A stretch of 64,000 nt of DNA from Zygnema circumcarinatum SAG 698-1b (Eukaryota; Plantae; Zygnematophyceae): the NCBI GenBank assembly GCA_037447605.1, contig CM074807.1:1302001-1366000 (forward strand). Reading direction: 5' to 3'. The translations under genes and the position numbers were made by a program. The notes beneath the pieces are model-generated. The model worked only from the letters and a program-made list of their open reading frames with translations, made no database searches and was not told the origin of the DNA. Positions 36,501 to 48,463 of this stretch are shown in pieces. Each line of letters begins with the position of its first letter. Within the stretch, counting starts at the first letter, position 1.

Positions 36501-37950
36501 AGCGGCGATCCCGTGGTAGGATATTGCGCCCCAAAGGGAAGGGGCGCGGCTGATTCGCGTCCCGGGCATCCTCGAAACGGTTGCGGGAAGCGATCCGGTA
36601 GGATCTCCTCCGCCCCGGCAATTTGCCACGGCGAAGTCCCCGCTATTTGGTGGTTGCCCACCCGTGGAAATGACTTCCCCGTGGAAAAACCGGGGGTCGG
36701 ACTCTGCCGGTATTTGCTCCGGCGGACCAGGCGGTCCGGGGCGAGCGACGCCACGGAATGGATGCTAACCCCGCTTTCCCCGGGACTTGCGCATCTCTGA
36801 AACTGGGGGTTGGGGGCACCCTGCTACAGTGCACCCAGGGCATAAAGGCTCGAACTCCATTTGGAGCGTGTCACCAAGCGGCCCGGACCGTGAGCTCCAC
36901 ATCTCGTCCACTGCCTGTGGGGCCATGGTGGCGGCGCCTGGCCTGCCACATCCGCTCCGGTTAAAATTCGATCTTCTTCTTCATCTTGAGGGGAAGCGCT
37001 TCCACGTGGGCCCCGATCATGGATCGGCCCGGATCGCCGCGAGCGGCGGCTCGTGGCTGCATGAGAAAGTGATGCGGACAAACCTTAGTCATCATTGTTC
37101 AGGCTAGGCCTCCATAGGATGGCGCGATCCAGATTCTCTCCGCTCACTCGTCCGAAGGACGGTAGTGGAGGTGGCGGCAGGGCCCAGTCCCCTCCGGCGG
37201 CGAGTGTGGTCACCACCATGACCGCGAGTTCCTTCCCAAAAGAAAGCGGCTTTTACTCACGATACCAATCATCACGGCGAAATCTCGCCCACTTTCGGCC
37301 GTCTTGTGGGCTCCCGCCGAGTTGTGAGAGAGAAAGCTTGAGTGGGCTTGACCGGGACGGGCGTGCGGCGATATGCGGGCCATATTTGGTTGTTTGGGTG
37401 GCGGCGATCCCAGCCCCTTCACAGCTTGCAGGTTGACCTCCACTACCCGGCATGGAGGATTGGAAGCGAAATTTGTCCCATAGCGAGACTACGTGTCCCT
37501 CGGCTGAATAGATTGAGAGAGGTGGCCCTAACGTACGAAATCGCCGCATTCGTAGCGCGCAGCATAGCGGCGCATGCGTACGTGGGTACGGGTGGGATGT
37601 CTCGCGGCGCGGTCCGGCGGCAGTCGTCGTACCAGCGGTGGCGTGTATGCGGACGGTGGAGAATCAAAAAGGGGATCGGGCGCTGACCCCGAGATCAATC
37701 GGCGGGTAGATTTGACCACGTGGTGCGTTCTTGCGTGATCCTCACCGGAGGGGCCTTGGCTTGTGGCGGTGAGGGCCCATAGAGATTATGTAGCGGCCGG
37801 GTGGAGCTTGGAATTCACTGGGTTTGAGCTGGGGCCTCAAGTGATACTACAGGTATCGTACTACTTAAGATTAGAGTCTTGCGTGGATGAAGCATAAGTA
37901 CTTGCCGGACTCCTAAGCAGCCGCGGGAGTGGTATGGCGTTTGCTTGCGG
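30551..37950 (-). mobile_element. Chromovirus family B right copy, inverted (3' LTR ~30551-31166, 5' LTR ~37270-37950)
   Basis: gag RENKCFRCRKEGHKARDC (35697-35921), protease [56 protein letters not shown]-like ttggtatcgtgag at ~37256-37268, PPT tggggagtaa. Confidence 0.88.
32271..32717 (-). mobile_element. TRIM copy 2, inserted in the family B integrase
   Basis: LTR 32271-32399 is clearly the same family; the second LTR is degraded; it interrupts the EIVSDRD motif. TSD approximately ATTTC. Confidence 0.8.
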
Positions 37951-39079
37951 GCACTCACGCGGAAGCAGATCCCTGGAATGGGCCAGCGAGATCGCGCCTG
38001 GGCGCTCAGGCCGCCTCCTTCATCTTCCTTGTCTGCGCTCGATTCGACCCTGCCGCATTGTGGTCGTGAAGCAGGCGGTGGCGGTCAGCATTCGGATAGG
38101 AACACCGATTAGTTATGCTAGCAGGTTTTGAAGCGAGAGACCAAGTACAGCCCCTCTTGAGGGTGAGGCCTTGAAGCTATCCTCTGGGCACTCGAGATTC
38201 AAGCTCTTCACTGACCTACCAGCGTATGCATGGGACTGACCATGCCCCACTAAAACGCACATCACATAGCTACCCTAAGCCCTAAGTTTTTACGATCGGG
38301 TGATGAAGTTGGAGGGTAAATGTGCTTAAGGTCACTCACGTCGGTAAATCACTGACAATGCTGGCGACCTCGATCGCAATCCCTCGGCTCCCCTCCTCTG
38401 TCACGATCCGGCCGTTCCTGAACCCATCCCTCCACCCACCCTCTTGAACCCTGAGCACCTTCCCATTGAGATTTTCATTGCAGATCAAGACTTACATGAT
38501 GTCTATTCGGATGGGCTGATGATAACTACGGCCCCGTACACTACCCTCCATCGGCGGGGAGGACCACGACCTTCACCACGGCCACCCCCATGTACGGTCA
38601 GGTAGGGAACTCACCATGGTGTGATGGCGGCGCTCCCTTACTTCCTCCCCATTCCCAGCGTAATGGCGTCATTGAGACTCCTCCGCTGCGCTACATCGCA
38701 GCCGCACATTGCCCCTTTTATCACGCGGGCACCGAGAGAATTTCGGTATTTGCTTCACGCTTTGAACTCTGGTGATTGTGAAGGTGGATTCTCTACCTCC
38801 CCTCCGGCCTTCCTGTTCCTTTCCCCAATGAACGTATGGAGATTCTGGATGTCGCCCACGATTCCCAGCCCGGCGGATTCCACCTCGGCCAGATGAAGAT
38901 GGTCGCCCTGCTGCAGGAGCGCTATTATTGGCCAGGCCTCCATGGCGCGGTGAGCCGCTACATCGAAACCTGCACCCGTTGCCAACGCGGCAAGCGCTCT
39001 GCTTGTTGATGCAGGGACTCCTCCACTGCTGCCGGCTTCTCCACTCGCATCACCTTCCATCGGAGTTCGCGTTCCAATC

Positions 39080-39975
39080 GATGATGACATTTCCCAAAGT
39101 CTCACATTCACTCATAGCCCATTTTACTCTGAGTGAACCTCCTGAGAATATGCGGAATTCTGAGGAAAAGGATAGGAGCTCTGGCTCTAAAACTCGCCTT
39201 CAGCTTATCAACACAAGGTAGGGGCCCTCTCCAAATGGCCCAATAAACTCAAAAAGCACCACCTCGCGGCACAAGCAAGTGTAGTGTTAAGCAACACGAG
39301 CATCAGCTTCTCACAGTCTACAATAGCTACGTTGATAATCCAGAAGTTGAAGAGTACCAACCAAACAAACGGCACACCATATACTATGTCACAACATCAT
39401 TGACACTACCAGCCTCTGAAGCCCACAACATCGGCCAGCGCAAGGTATCAGTGTCTGTCTGCCGTGTCGGATCCTGCAAAATGGCTTTCACCCGCGTCCG
39501 TCACGTTTCCTCCGTCGGATCGACTTCGGCCTCTAGCTAATCCACGTCTTCTTTGTAGGGTCGACCTTGCCTCCAAGATTGATGGCCAGCGTCAAACTCC
39601 AGCGTGTGCGCGCCACCGACACTCTGGCGTTGCTCGGCACAGCGGTGGTCGGCGTGCCGAGCGATACGGCGCGCGCTCGATAAACCGAATAAATCCAATC
39701 AAAGGTTGGCCAGCGCCAGCGTGTCGCGCTTCCAGGCTGGCAGCGTCGCCAATTCTTCAATTCGCTCCGCGGCAGCGTCGCATCTTACGTCGCTTCTTGA
39801 TTAGTAGCGTGGCGCCTCGTCACTTCGACTCCGGCCAGCGGCGCCTCTTCCACCCGACCAAATGTCTAAGTAGCGGCCTACAAACTTGGCACACCGCCCC
39901 GTAAGGAAACACACAACCACGAACACACAAAATAATGTTCCAGCACAGCATGCTAACTATCATACACTAACTTTT
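39080..39975 (-). mobile_element. Possible family D-related solo LTR in the A1 integrase
   Basis: About 0.9 kb absent from copy A2. The reverse complement contains gagttttagagccagagctcctatcctt, resembling the family D block. Ends uncertain. Confidence 0.45.
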
Positions 39976-40543
39976 TGAACCACACGACCGCCCAACCCGG
40001 AATGGGTAGGATACCTGCAATGGCGAAGATTAGGTTTTATTATTTTTCCATCCTGACTGAAGCTTTCAATACATTTGGTCTTCCCTAATAGGGCGGGGTA
40101 CGCAGTGGTGGAGGATATAATGCGACGAATCACAGCAATTCCATCGCCATGCACTACGGCGGCCATCATTCACCGCCACTCTCTACCCTACTCTGTCCAC
40201 TCTGACAATGGCACCGAATACAAGGGGGCATTTGCCAAGCTCATGCAGGACTTCCGCATCATTCACCGAACCTCTAGCCCCTACTCCCCTTGGCAGAATG
40301 GGCTCGCGGAACGTACCATTCAGACCGTCAAGGATGCGTGTGTTCGCGGCTGCGCGGAGCTGGAGGCGGACTGGCGCGAGGTCATCCCCTCCCTGGTCTT
40401 CACGTACAACACCTATGTTCACTCCTCCACGGGTTTCTCTCCCTACGAGCTCCTCTATGGCCGTAAGCCCCGCATTCCCCTTGACCTCCTCTCTGCTGAG
40501 CCCCTCTTCCACGATGACGCGCCTCCCCCGGATCGGGTCGCCC

Positions 40544-41969
40544 TGTTGATGTATAGGTACATCAAGGTGTTGGTACTTAGTTCCTAGCATGGATGTTGTC
40601 CAGGAGATCATGTGTTGATGTACGGACGCTATGCAGGGCGGCCTTGGAAATGTTGGGGCAGAGAGGTCTTTGCAGTGCGAGAGCGGATCTGCACTAGCGA
40701 CATGATTGAAATTGGCGCCAGAAGTGCAGATCGCGGCCTTATCCAGCGGGACATGACTCATAATTAGTATGTGCGCTTTGGAGTGCGGATTATGGTCGGT
40801 GCTGAGACACGGCCTTGGCCCAGTCAGAAGTGGCGTGGCGCGACGCGGCAGATTCGAAAGTGACAAGCGACATCAGGAGATATGCGGCGCGGTGAATCAG
40901 AGGTGAGGAGGCGCTGCATCAGCGGTGTCTCATAATGAGACAGTGGCCTTTGTCGGGCGCACGTGTGTCAGAAGTTCGGGAGGTAAAGGCCTGTAGGGCC
41001 TAGGTCGGTGGCGACCGTGGAAACTACGAGGGTCCCACATACAGTTGAGTTAGTGAGGAGTCAGATGCGTGCGGTGGGGCCGAGGGGGATCAAGATGAGG
41101 CTGAGTTGAGATCCGGCGGGCTGAGGCTGGATCGTGTGAGCCAGGAGAGGATCCAGCCCAGACACGATTGAGATCAGGATAAGGCCCTTGCAAAGGCTGC
41201 ATGGGTGGCCGTGACGCCAGCGGCGTCACGTGACAAAGGCGCCGCATGGTATATGAGGGATCAAGCTTGGCTTCCTACTTACTCACTCACTCACTCTGAA
41301 CGTTATGCTGCTCAACCTTCGTGTTAGGAAGAGTAGGCGAAGGCGGAGGCCTTGAGGAGTCCGGCCTTGTGTAGGGGGTCGTGAAAGAACTATCTCTCAT
41401 CATGGTTAACTCTAGTGAAAGAGTTAGAGATGTGTCCCCTCGGGTTGAGGTAGAGGAGTAGTTCAAGCAAGCATATAGTGCGTAGCTACTGCAGTTGGGG
41501 TGTAAGCTGCCTATCAGAGGATAGGGTGGTGCTCATAAGAGGAGGAGAATCGAGCATAAGGTTATGTGTAGATTTCCTAAGAGAGCTTGTATTACACCTA
41601 TGAATGTTAAGGAGTTTTAGGGCCGAGGGCTTTCTCCTTATACTTGTGTCATCTGTCACATGTGAGTCCTTGTGTTGGATTGGCGTGATGAATGAGTGGA
41701 GGCGACCATTGTAGGCGTGTGTGCATCTGCGTGGAGACCATTGGAGGCGATGGAGCTGAAGAGCGAGACCATGGAGGAGATGAAGAAGTGTTCTTGTAGG
41801 TGGCGTGTTTTGTTATCCGCTGTGCGCACGTGGTGAGGGGAGGAAGAGAAGGCATATCGTGGCGGAAGCGGTATGTGGCCTTAGTAGAAGTGGAAGAAGT
41901 TTTGGAGATTACTCAAGCATGTTTTGTCCTTCCACTGGGTCACCTAGCCACTTTTCACACACCAACACA
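40544..41969 (+). mobile_element. Solo LTR, family D
   Basis: Starts TGTTG, ends CAACA(CA), 5-bp TSD CGCCC, absent from the equivalent site in A2. Confidence 0.8.
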
Positions 41970-42960
41970 CGCCCGGCTTGACTCGGCCCTCGCTTCAGAG
42001 ACCCTAGAATTTAGCTGGCCTCCCCACCACCTGAGCAGCGCACGCTCACCAACTTTGGGGCGCCCGGCGGCTGCTCTCCCTTGTCGGAGTAGCGCCACGT
42101 CGGCTCATTTGGCTCGGGGAGATCTTGCCAAACCCGACTCGCGGGCTTTTCATTGGTTGGGCCCCTTCATTTAGTAATGGTCCGTCGAGAGATCGGTTGG
42201 GCCATCATTTTGAGGAAGGCCACGACTCTGATGAACGCGCCCGGCTGGCGTTCCTGCTTGGATGGAAGCATTAAGTCGCCCGCGTCGGCGGTTCACCTCC
42301 CCGCGATGGTACGACGTTAGCGACATTGCTTGGCGGCCTCCCTCGCGTACCCCCCTTGCCGCTGGCGACTCCTCATTGGTCCATTTCTAATTCCGTTAAT
42401 TACGCGCTTCAGCCACTTTTACTCCTTTATTTTAAGCCCGGCAGTGGGTCTCTTCGATCTGATTTGCTCCGATACCTCCCCATTTAGATATGCGGCGGAA
42501 GCTACTCCCGGACGACGCCCGACTAGCCTCCTGTAGCGGCCCGGAGTCCGTCATCGTGACCGCACCCATGCCCTTTGTCGCTTCTTCATTGTAGCCCACA
42601 GCGGCGTCGTATTTCCACACAGGCATGTCTTCTACCGGATGTAGCGTAGCGGTGCGTTAAGGCGGGATATAAAATTCGATTCAATTGTACTTGACATATG
42701 CCTCTTAGGTATCACCGGATCGGCCGGAATCGAGGCTGCCAGCGGAGATTGAAGGCGGCGCCATGGTTAGCGTGCAGGCGGCACACTATCCGGCCGCAAA
42801 GGCGCGCACAAAGAACCTGCAGCCTAAGGCCGCCCGATTATCATTCGTTGACTATCGAAGGCTCCACGCACGTAGTGATCCCGGCCTCTCGGTGGGGCGG
42901 AGTTGTATCCGAGTACATCCTTTACCTAAGGCTCAAGATCTATTGTCGGTGTTAAGTAGA

Positions 42961-45900
42961 TGTAATAGCCTTCTGACCCTGGAGAGGCGTGCTCATAGTG
43001 ATACTATGACTATCCCTTCATCTGGCCTAGCCGGATAGGTTAGGGCAGTACGCGAGCCGCTGAGGAGGTCTTGGGCTGCGATCACTGTGGCGTCTGAAAG
43101 GGATCTCTTTTGGATAGATGCTTGGTGGAGTAAAGTGCGGATGTCACGGACGCACCCGGCTGCAGTCAGCGGCGAAGATCTGGCAGCGGCAGCGCCACTA
43201 CGTCGGCGCCCGCCGCCAGCAGCGCGCTGACCCGCGAATCTTGGCGGCATCTTTACGGCAAAGTACGCGTCCCGTGCTTTATGCGGACGAGTGACGAAAC
43301 CGACTCTGTCGGTCTTAGCCCGTCTTGCCCATTTTACCCGGCAGCGCGCCGCGGCAGCGTAGCGCCCGTGAGATCTTGTGAGACCCTGAGCTTGTCCTGG
43401 CCGATAGCACAAGCTGAGATCACCGCCCTTGCTTGAGCTCGGTGGGCAGTCAGCAGGTCCCTCCCATCTTTGGTAGGGGTTGAAGAGCGAAGAGGCTGCG
43501 CCGGTCAGGGAGCCATCCGAGCTCTTTGTACCAGCATTGAGCTCACGCTCTTCTCTCTCTCTCTTCCTCTCCTGACACTTAGACTCTCAGAGCAGCCTGC
43601 CAGGGGGCAGGGTGTTACATTGGTATCAGAGCCGAGTTTAGAGCCTCGGGAACTTCTTTTGGGAGGGGGCCAGCACGCGCCGCGCAGTCATGCCGAAAGC
43701 GCGGCCGAAACAGATGGCGTCGCGCCATTCACCTCCCCTTCTCGGGTCCGGAGGGGAGGGCGTGGACATGGCGCGAGGCAGTGTTGGCTGACCCCGCTGG
43801 ACCACGAGCCACAGGCCTTGGCCCCACCTCGGCTGCCCCTTTAGCCTGGCCTCGCGGGGCGGGAACTTCGGCTGACCAACGGCTGCCGGGAAGGAGAAGC
43901 CGGCGCCCGGTCGCCCGCCCGCCCGAGGCGGCGGCGCCTCCACACGAAGCGCCCCGGCGAAATGCGGCGAGGGGCTTCCCCGCCGGTGAACACGAGCACC
44001 CGTGGTATGGGGTGCCCATCCCGTGGATGGGGATGAAGTCCTCAGCCGGCGGAAGGCAGTATGAGATTTTTTCATGGCCCCAGAGGCGCTTTAGCACCGG
44101 ATGGCGAGCCCGGCCGGGGCCCGTTCAGTGACGTGGGGCGCCTCGAGATCTTTGGCGGGCGGCGAACCGTGGACCCTCCCCACGTGCTTGGTAAGCCCAC
44201 AACCCCTCCCTCACGCCCAGCATTCTTTGTCGATTACAGGAGAGGCAGCGACTCGAGGGAAATAAGAGAGGCTGCGGCGCGTGGGTGATACCAGGACCCT
44301 CGGCTGCGTCCGGCTACTTGCAGCGGTAGTAGCCAGGTCACGGGGCGCTCGGCCACGGTGGGGCTTCGCGCCAGCGCCCGCTGCTTCCCAGCGCCGGCGG
44401 GGCGGCCCGGCGGCATTCCCTTTGAAGGAGAGGCGGACCGCCCGAGCCCGGCAATCCTGCCGAGGCGGTGCCTAATGGCGGGGTGTGACTAGGACCTCGA
44501 GAAATGAGGCCGAGGTCCCTCCGATCTCCTTATGGGGATGACGCATGCCAGCCTTGGTGATTGATCATTGGGTGGGGCAGTGCGTGGAGCCTGGCGCTGT
44601 GCCCTCCCGATCAATGAATTTGAACTTTTGCTTCACCGCTTTGAGGGCGTGGCATGGGCGTCCCCGTATGCGACGCAAAGGCGTTAGCCGGCGAACTTTG
44701 AAGTTCGAGTCAGACTTCTCAAACGGTTTTAACATCGGATCAGTCTTTATTTGCGCGCGGGGCGGAGTTGTCGCTCATGCGAGGCGGAAAGCGTGGCTAA
44801 TTCACGAGATTGCGTGCAGCTTGAGCTGATTACCAAGTTCCCACGGTTGAGAGTTTGCCGGTTGACCATGGATTGGCTTAAATGCGTTAGGAAGCGGCTT
44901 GGTGAATCCTGCGTACCTTGGAACCTTGGAACTATGGATGATGAGAGTATTTTGCGGTACGAAGTCCAAAGCGGCGTTAGCACAAGTAGTGCGGGAGCCT
45001 TCCGTCGCGGCGTGCGGTGCCGCGATTAACGGCCGCGCGAAGCAGTGCGCCCGAGGCGGCCCGACCTAAAGAAATGGCGAGAGGAAATTTCCTTCCTCTC
45101 ATCAGCAGCACCAGCGGCCACAGCCGCAAAAACTTGCTCCACAGGAGATGGAGGCTTTGCGCGCGGAAAACAAGTGTTTCCGTTGCAGGAAGGTGGGGCA
45201 TAGGTCTTATGACTGCCCATCTTTCAAGAAGGATAGGAAGGGGAAAGGGCCGGCGGAAAACAGCTCCCCACCGGCAGCTTAGGGGTCTCTGCTGGTGGGC
45301 TTGACAGTGGGGGGGGCAGCGCATTAGCTGCCATCACTAGTGTAGAATGTTGTATTCCAAGGGCGGATGACATTCTTAAAGTGATTGGGGGAGTTTTCAG
45401 CGGGAATCTGTTGTTTGTGTGCGATGCATTCCCACTGGCGATTATTCGTACCACTGTATGCTTGTGAGCTTTCCTTAGCATTTCGAATCTTGTCTTGATG
45501 AAAAGAATGGCATAATAAATAAATGTACTTGAATGCCATAGAGGCATTGATGCCTTAGTGCAATGTGCATTTGATGCCTTGCGCTTGCTGCGGTCGAAAA
45601 ACCATGTACTCAGTTTACGAGTACTGCTCCCACAACACGTGGCAGTGAAGGCATATCCACAGACTGAGTGGAAAGTGGTAAAGCTTTGGAAGAAGGGCTT
45701 CTCCCTTCTTAGGTGGGTGATTGGAGCTCCTACCACTGTGCTGGGGAAGTCTCCTCATCCCCTTGTGTGGCGGTTAGCTCGCCCCCACGCACCGAATGTG
45801 CTACGGTCCATTTTCCACTTGTCTCATCGTGCTATGACCTTCCAGGGTTCGGCCGATGGACACTCAGCAGTGGTTTTGCTGGACACTGGCGCGGACGCTA

Positions 45901-46729
45901 ACTTTGTTAGCGCAGCCTTTGTCAGGACTGCAGGGTTTGCAGTCCAGCCTCATTCCGATAGTGTAACTTTCNNNNNNNNNNCGTAAGTTTATCCAAGGCT
46001 TTAGTAAATTGGTGACACCTCTGACCAATTTGACACGTTCCGGTGTCGCGTATGCATGGACACCAGAGTGCCAGACGGCATTTGATGGTGTGAGACATGC
46101 GCTTGTGACAGCACCTACGTTGAGGTTGGCTGATCCGCGGTTGCCATATGAAGTGGTATGTGACGCTTCGGGGTTCGCTTTGGGTGCGGTCTTGTTCCAA
46201 GACGACCAACCTCTTGCTTACGAAAGTCGCAAGATGAACCCAGCTGAGCGAAACTACTCAGCCACAGAGCAGGAGCTCTTGGCCGTTGTTCACGCCCTGA
46301 GGACATGGCGTTGCTATTTGGAGGCCGGTGGCGATCACGCGGTCCGCGGTGCCGTCCAGCGGCGTTTCGGCAAACTCTTTTCGTGGCCCGAGCACCTGCC
46401 GGCCAGTGCGAGATTCCTCCAGCGGTTCATTTGCAGTGGGTATACGGGCACAGGAGGCTAAATGTAGCGGACCCACTGAGCAGGCAACCCATTCATCTAG
46501 CCTGGATGATGCGCTCGTCGACTCGAGTGTTGGTGGTACGAGATGGTGGAGACGAAGGGCCGGCCAACCCAGCGTTTACATCTCCAGTATGTTTTGTCAT
46601 AAACCCCTCCACCAGTGACGCAGTCAACCCTCCTGCTCTCTCTGATTTCAGACAGATGATCCAGGAGGGGTACACTGGTGATCCTTTGTTCCTGGACGGC
46701 CAAGGCAATGGCTATAAGAACAAGCTCGT
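42961..46729 (+). mobile_element. Third family B-related gypsy element, inserted in the A1 3' LTR (5' LTR 42961-43619, PBS 43621-43633); 3' part lost in assembly gaps
   Basis: TGTAAT...GTTACA, PBS TGGTATCAGAGCC, gag RAENKCFRCRKVGHRSYDC, protease VLLDTGADANFVS, RH segment 46009-46330 near-identical in protein to the left B copy. Confidence 0.85.
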
Positions 46730-47374
46730 NNNNNNNNNNGTGACTTTCCAAAATACAACCTTTATCTAAGTTGAGTACTGTTTTCCCTTTGCTGTCACTA
46801 TGCCAAGCTACCATCTTGTTCTATTCTGCCTTACACTCATCCCAATGACCGATGATAACTAGAAGCCTAGCTAAGAGAATAGCCGAGGAGAGGACAGGGG
46901 AAGAGAGCCCCCAAGGAAGGGCCCTTTGCGCATCGAGTCCAGCCGCCGGTGGGAACATCTTCAGGATCCCTACGTCTTCCGCTGCGCGTACCTCTGAATC
47001 TCCCGGATCCTGGCTCTATGCTGCAGGCAGACCCACAGCACCAGCCCAACCCTTCATTAGTTTCAGCACGGACGCGCGAGTGGCCGTACAGCACCTGCAA
47101 CTAGCTCAGCAGTCTTCTCTTAACCCCACGTATCTTGTGCTACAGGGGTCTACTGTATGTACCCTTTCCAATGAGGCAGTACGGACTCGAGTTTGGACTT
47201 TTCCGAGGCCGGTACCAGGTACCGTACGGTAGGCCTGCGCAGGTCGGACCGTACCATACCCATACCTATGGAAGCCTGGCGGCCGCGCCCCCAACCCTAA
47301 CAAGGAGGAAGGGAGGGAGGCCCGGAGGAGGAGGAGGAGGAGGGGGCCTGCAAGATAGGTAGATAGATAGATAG

Positions 47375-48463
47375 ATGGCGCGGGAGGGCGGCTACGGCGT
47401 CGCGACAGACAAACCGACTCGGAAGCGAAAAAGTCGCAATCGTGGTGAGAAAAAGGGGGCGGGAGAGAGTAGCATTGGGGATGCTCTGAGACTAGATGCA
47501 CAATTGTTCAAGCATGCATGGAACGGCATTGACACGGTAGAGCACGATTGGGAAGATGAATTAAACGCGACAAATTTTTATAGTGATCTTCAATTTAAGA
47601 AAAAAATACTAGCGCATCTGAAAGTGATTGAGAATGACAGGGTAGTTTATCATCTAGTGGTTAAAAATGGCATCAAAAATATCTACTGCATCACCATTCC
47701 TCCCAATTTCATAAAGTCTTTTTTAAGTTTGCCTTTGTGGGAGGACATTCAAGACGCGGCACCATGGGTTTCCCAAATGGTGGGGGGGATAGTTCGGAAT
47801 GAGTCACACCGTGCCAACAGCAAACTATACATAGTTGGTGTGCGCAAGTGTCCTCGGGGTAAATCTTATAAAGGCTGTGAGTATTTCGGAAGATATATTA
47901 GGAGGCAAAAGTCAGAGGTTGTGAACAGAGAGTATGAGCGGGTGAGAGAGATAGTAGACCGCTACCAAAAAAGGGTTGGCGAACTGACAAAGCTTCTGTG
48001 GCCCTCTGCTTCTGCGGCAATGTCAGAAGCCATGAGAGAGTCAGGTTTAGGGCAGGTCTGCCCTTCCATTTTTAGTGCGGTTTCTATGTCTTTGGACTAC
48101 TCTTCAGTTCTGCACAAGGACGGACAAGACAAAGGTGCAACGCACCTTCAGTGGTTCAATCAGTCCTCCAAGATAGATTCTTTGATCACACGATTTGTGC
48201 TCCCAAGCATCAGGTGCATATATGAGGCCACACATGGTGCAAGCATTTTGTTCTTGGGAGCAGCTCAGCATGGAACGGAAGGCATCAGGTCCGTCAAAGG
48301 TGTGCGGGGAATCGCTTGTTACACAAACAACGAAGTGTTGAGAGCGGCGACTGCTGCAAAGAAGGCGTACACCAATCGAGGAATAACGCTGCCTTTAGAC
48401 CGTTTTGGGTCAAAAATTGGTAGCGACGGCTCATTCTTGCGAATAGAAGGGAACAGATTTTGA
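47375..48463 (+). CDS. TET/JBP-family (Tet-like) Fe(II)-dependent nucleic-acid base dioxygenase, 362 aa, intronless
   Basis: FSAVSMSLDYSSVLHKDGQD (H247-x-D249; compare metazoan TET FSGVTACLDFCAHAHRD), FVLP, ATHGASILF (compare TET PTHGSILIE), QHGTE (H299), VRGIACY (R311..Y316), upstream IVGVRK..FGRY, basic NLS-like RKRKSRNR. The ORF is uninterrupted. Family assigned by motif recognition only. Confidence 0.85.
   Translation: MAREGGYGVATDKPTRKRKSRNRGEKKGAGESSIGDALRLDAQLFKHAWNGIDTVEHDWEDELNATNFYSDLQFKKKILAHLKVIENDRVVYHLVVKNGIKNIYCITIPPNFIKSFLSLPLWEDIQDAAPWVSQMVGGIVRNESHRANSKLYIVGVRKCPRGKSYKGCEYFGRYIRRQKSEVVNREYERVREIVDRYQKRVGELTKLLWPSASAAMSEAMRESGLGQVCPSIFSAVSMSLDYSSVLHKDGQDKGATHLQWFNQSSKIDSLITRFVLPSIRCIYEATHGASILFLGAAQHGTEGIRSVKGVRGIACYTNNEVLRAATAAKKAYTNRGITLPLDRFGSKIGSDGSFLRIEGNRF

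Larger units (their letters stand above)
37950..42200 (+). pseudogene. A1 RNase H and integrase, interrupted by two solo-LTR-like insertions
   Basis: Integrase core HSDNGTEY..SSPYSPWQNGLAERTI..YNTYVHSSTGFSPYELLYG (40075-40543), WLGPF module, collinear with 59900-61900. Confidence 0.8.
17391..47144 (+). mobile_element. Ty3/gypsy LTR retrotransposon family A, copy A1 (5' LTR 17391-17682 with gap; PBS 17683-17694; 3' LTR 42640-47144 interrupted), host of nested insertions
   Basis: Termini TGTAGC...GCTACA; 4-bp TSD GGGG; PBS TGGTATCAGAGC (tRNA-iMet). 17612-17682 is near-identical to 47065-47135. Domain order gag-AP-RT-RH-INT is inferred from copy A2. Confidence 0.9.
16920..47155. mobile_element. 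Tc1/mariner(pogo)-type MITE, copy 1 (~478 bp when reconstituted: 16920-17390 plus 47149-47155), split by a 30-kb retrotransposon nest
   Basis: Left TIR CAGTAGACCCCCCCAATATTTTCGCC. The right TIR GGCGAAAATATTGGGGGGG (17372-17390) + TCTACTG (47149-47155) rebuilds a perfect 26-bp TIR. TA flanks at 16918-16919 and 47156-47157. Confidence 0.9.
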
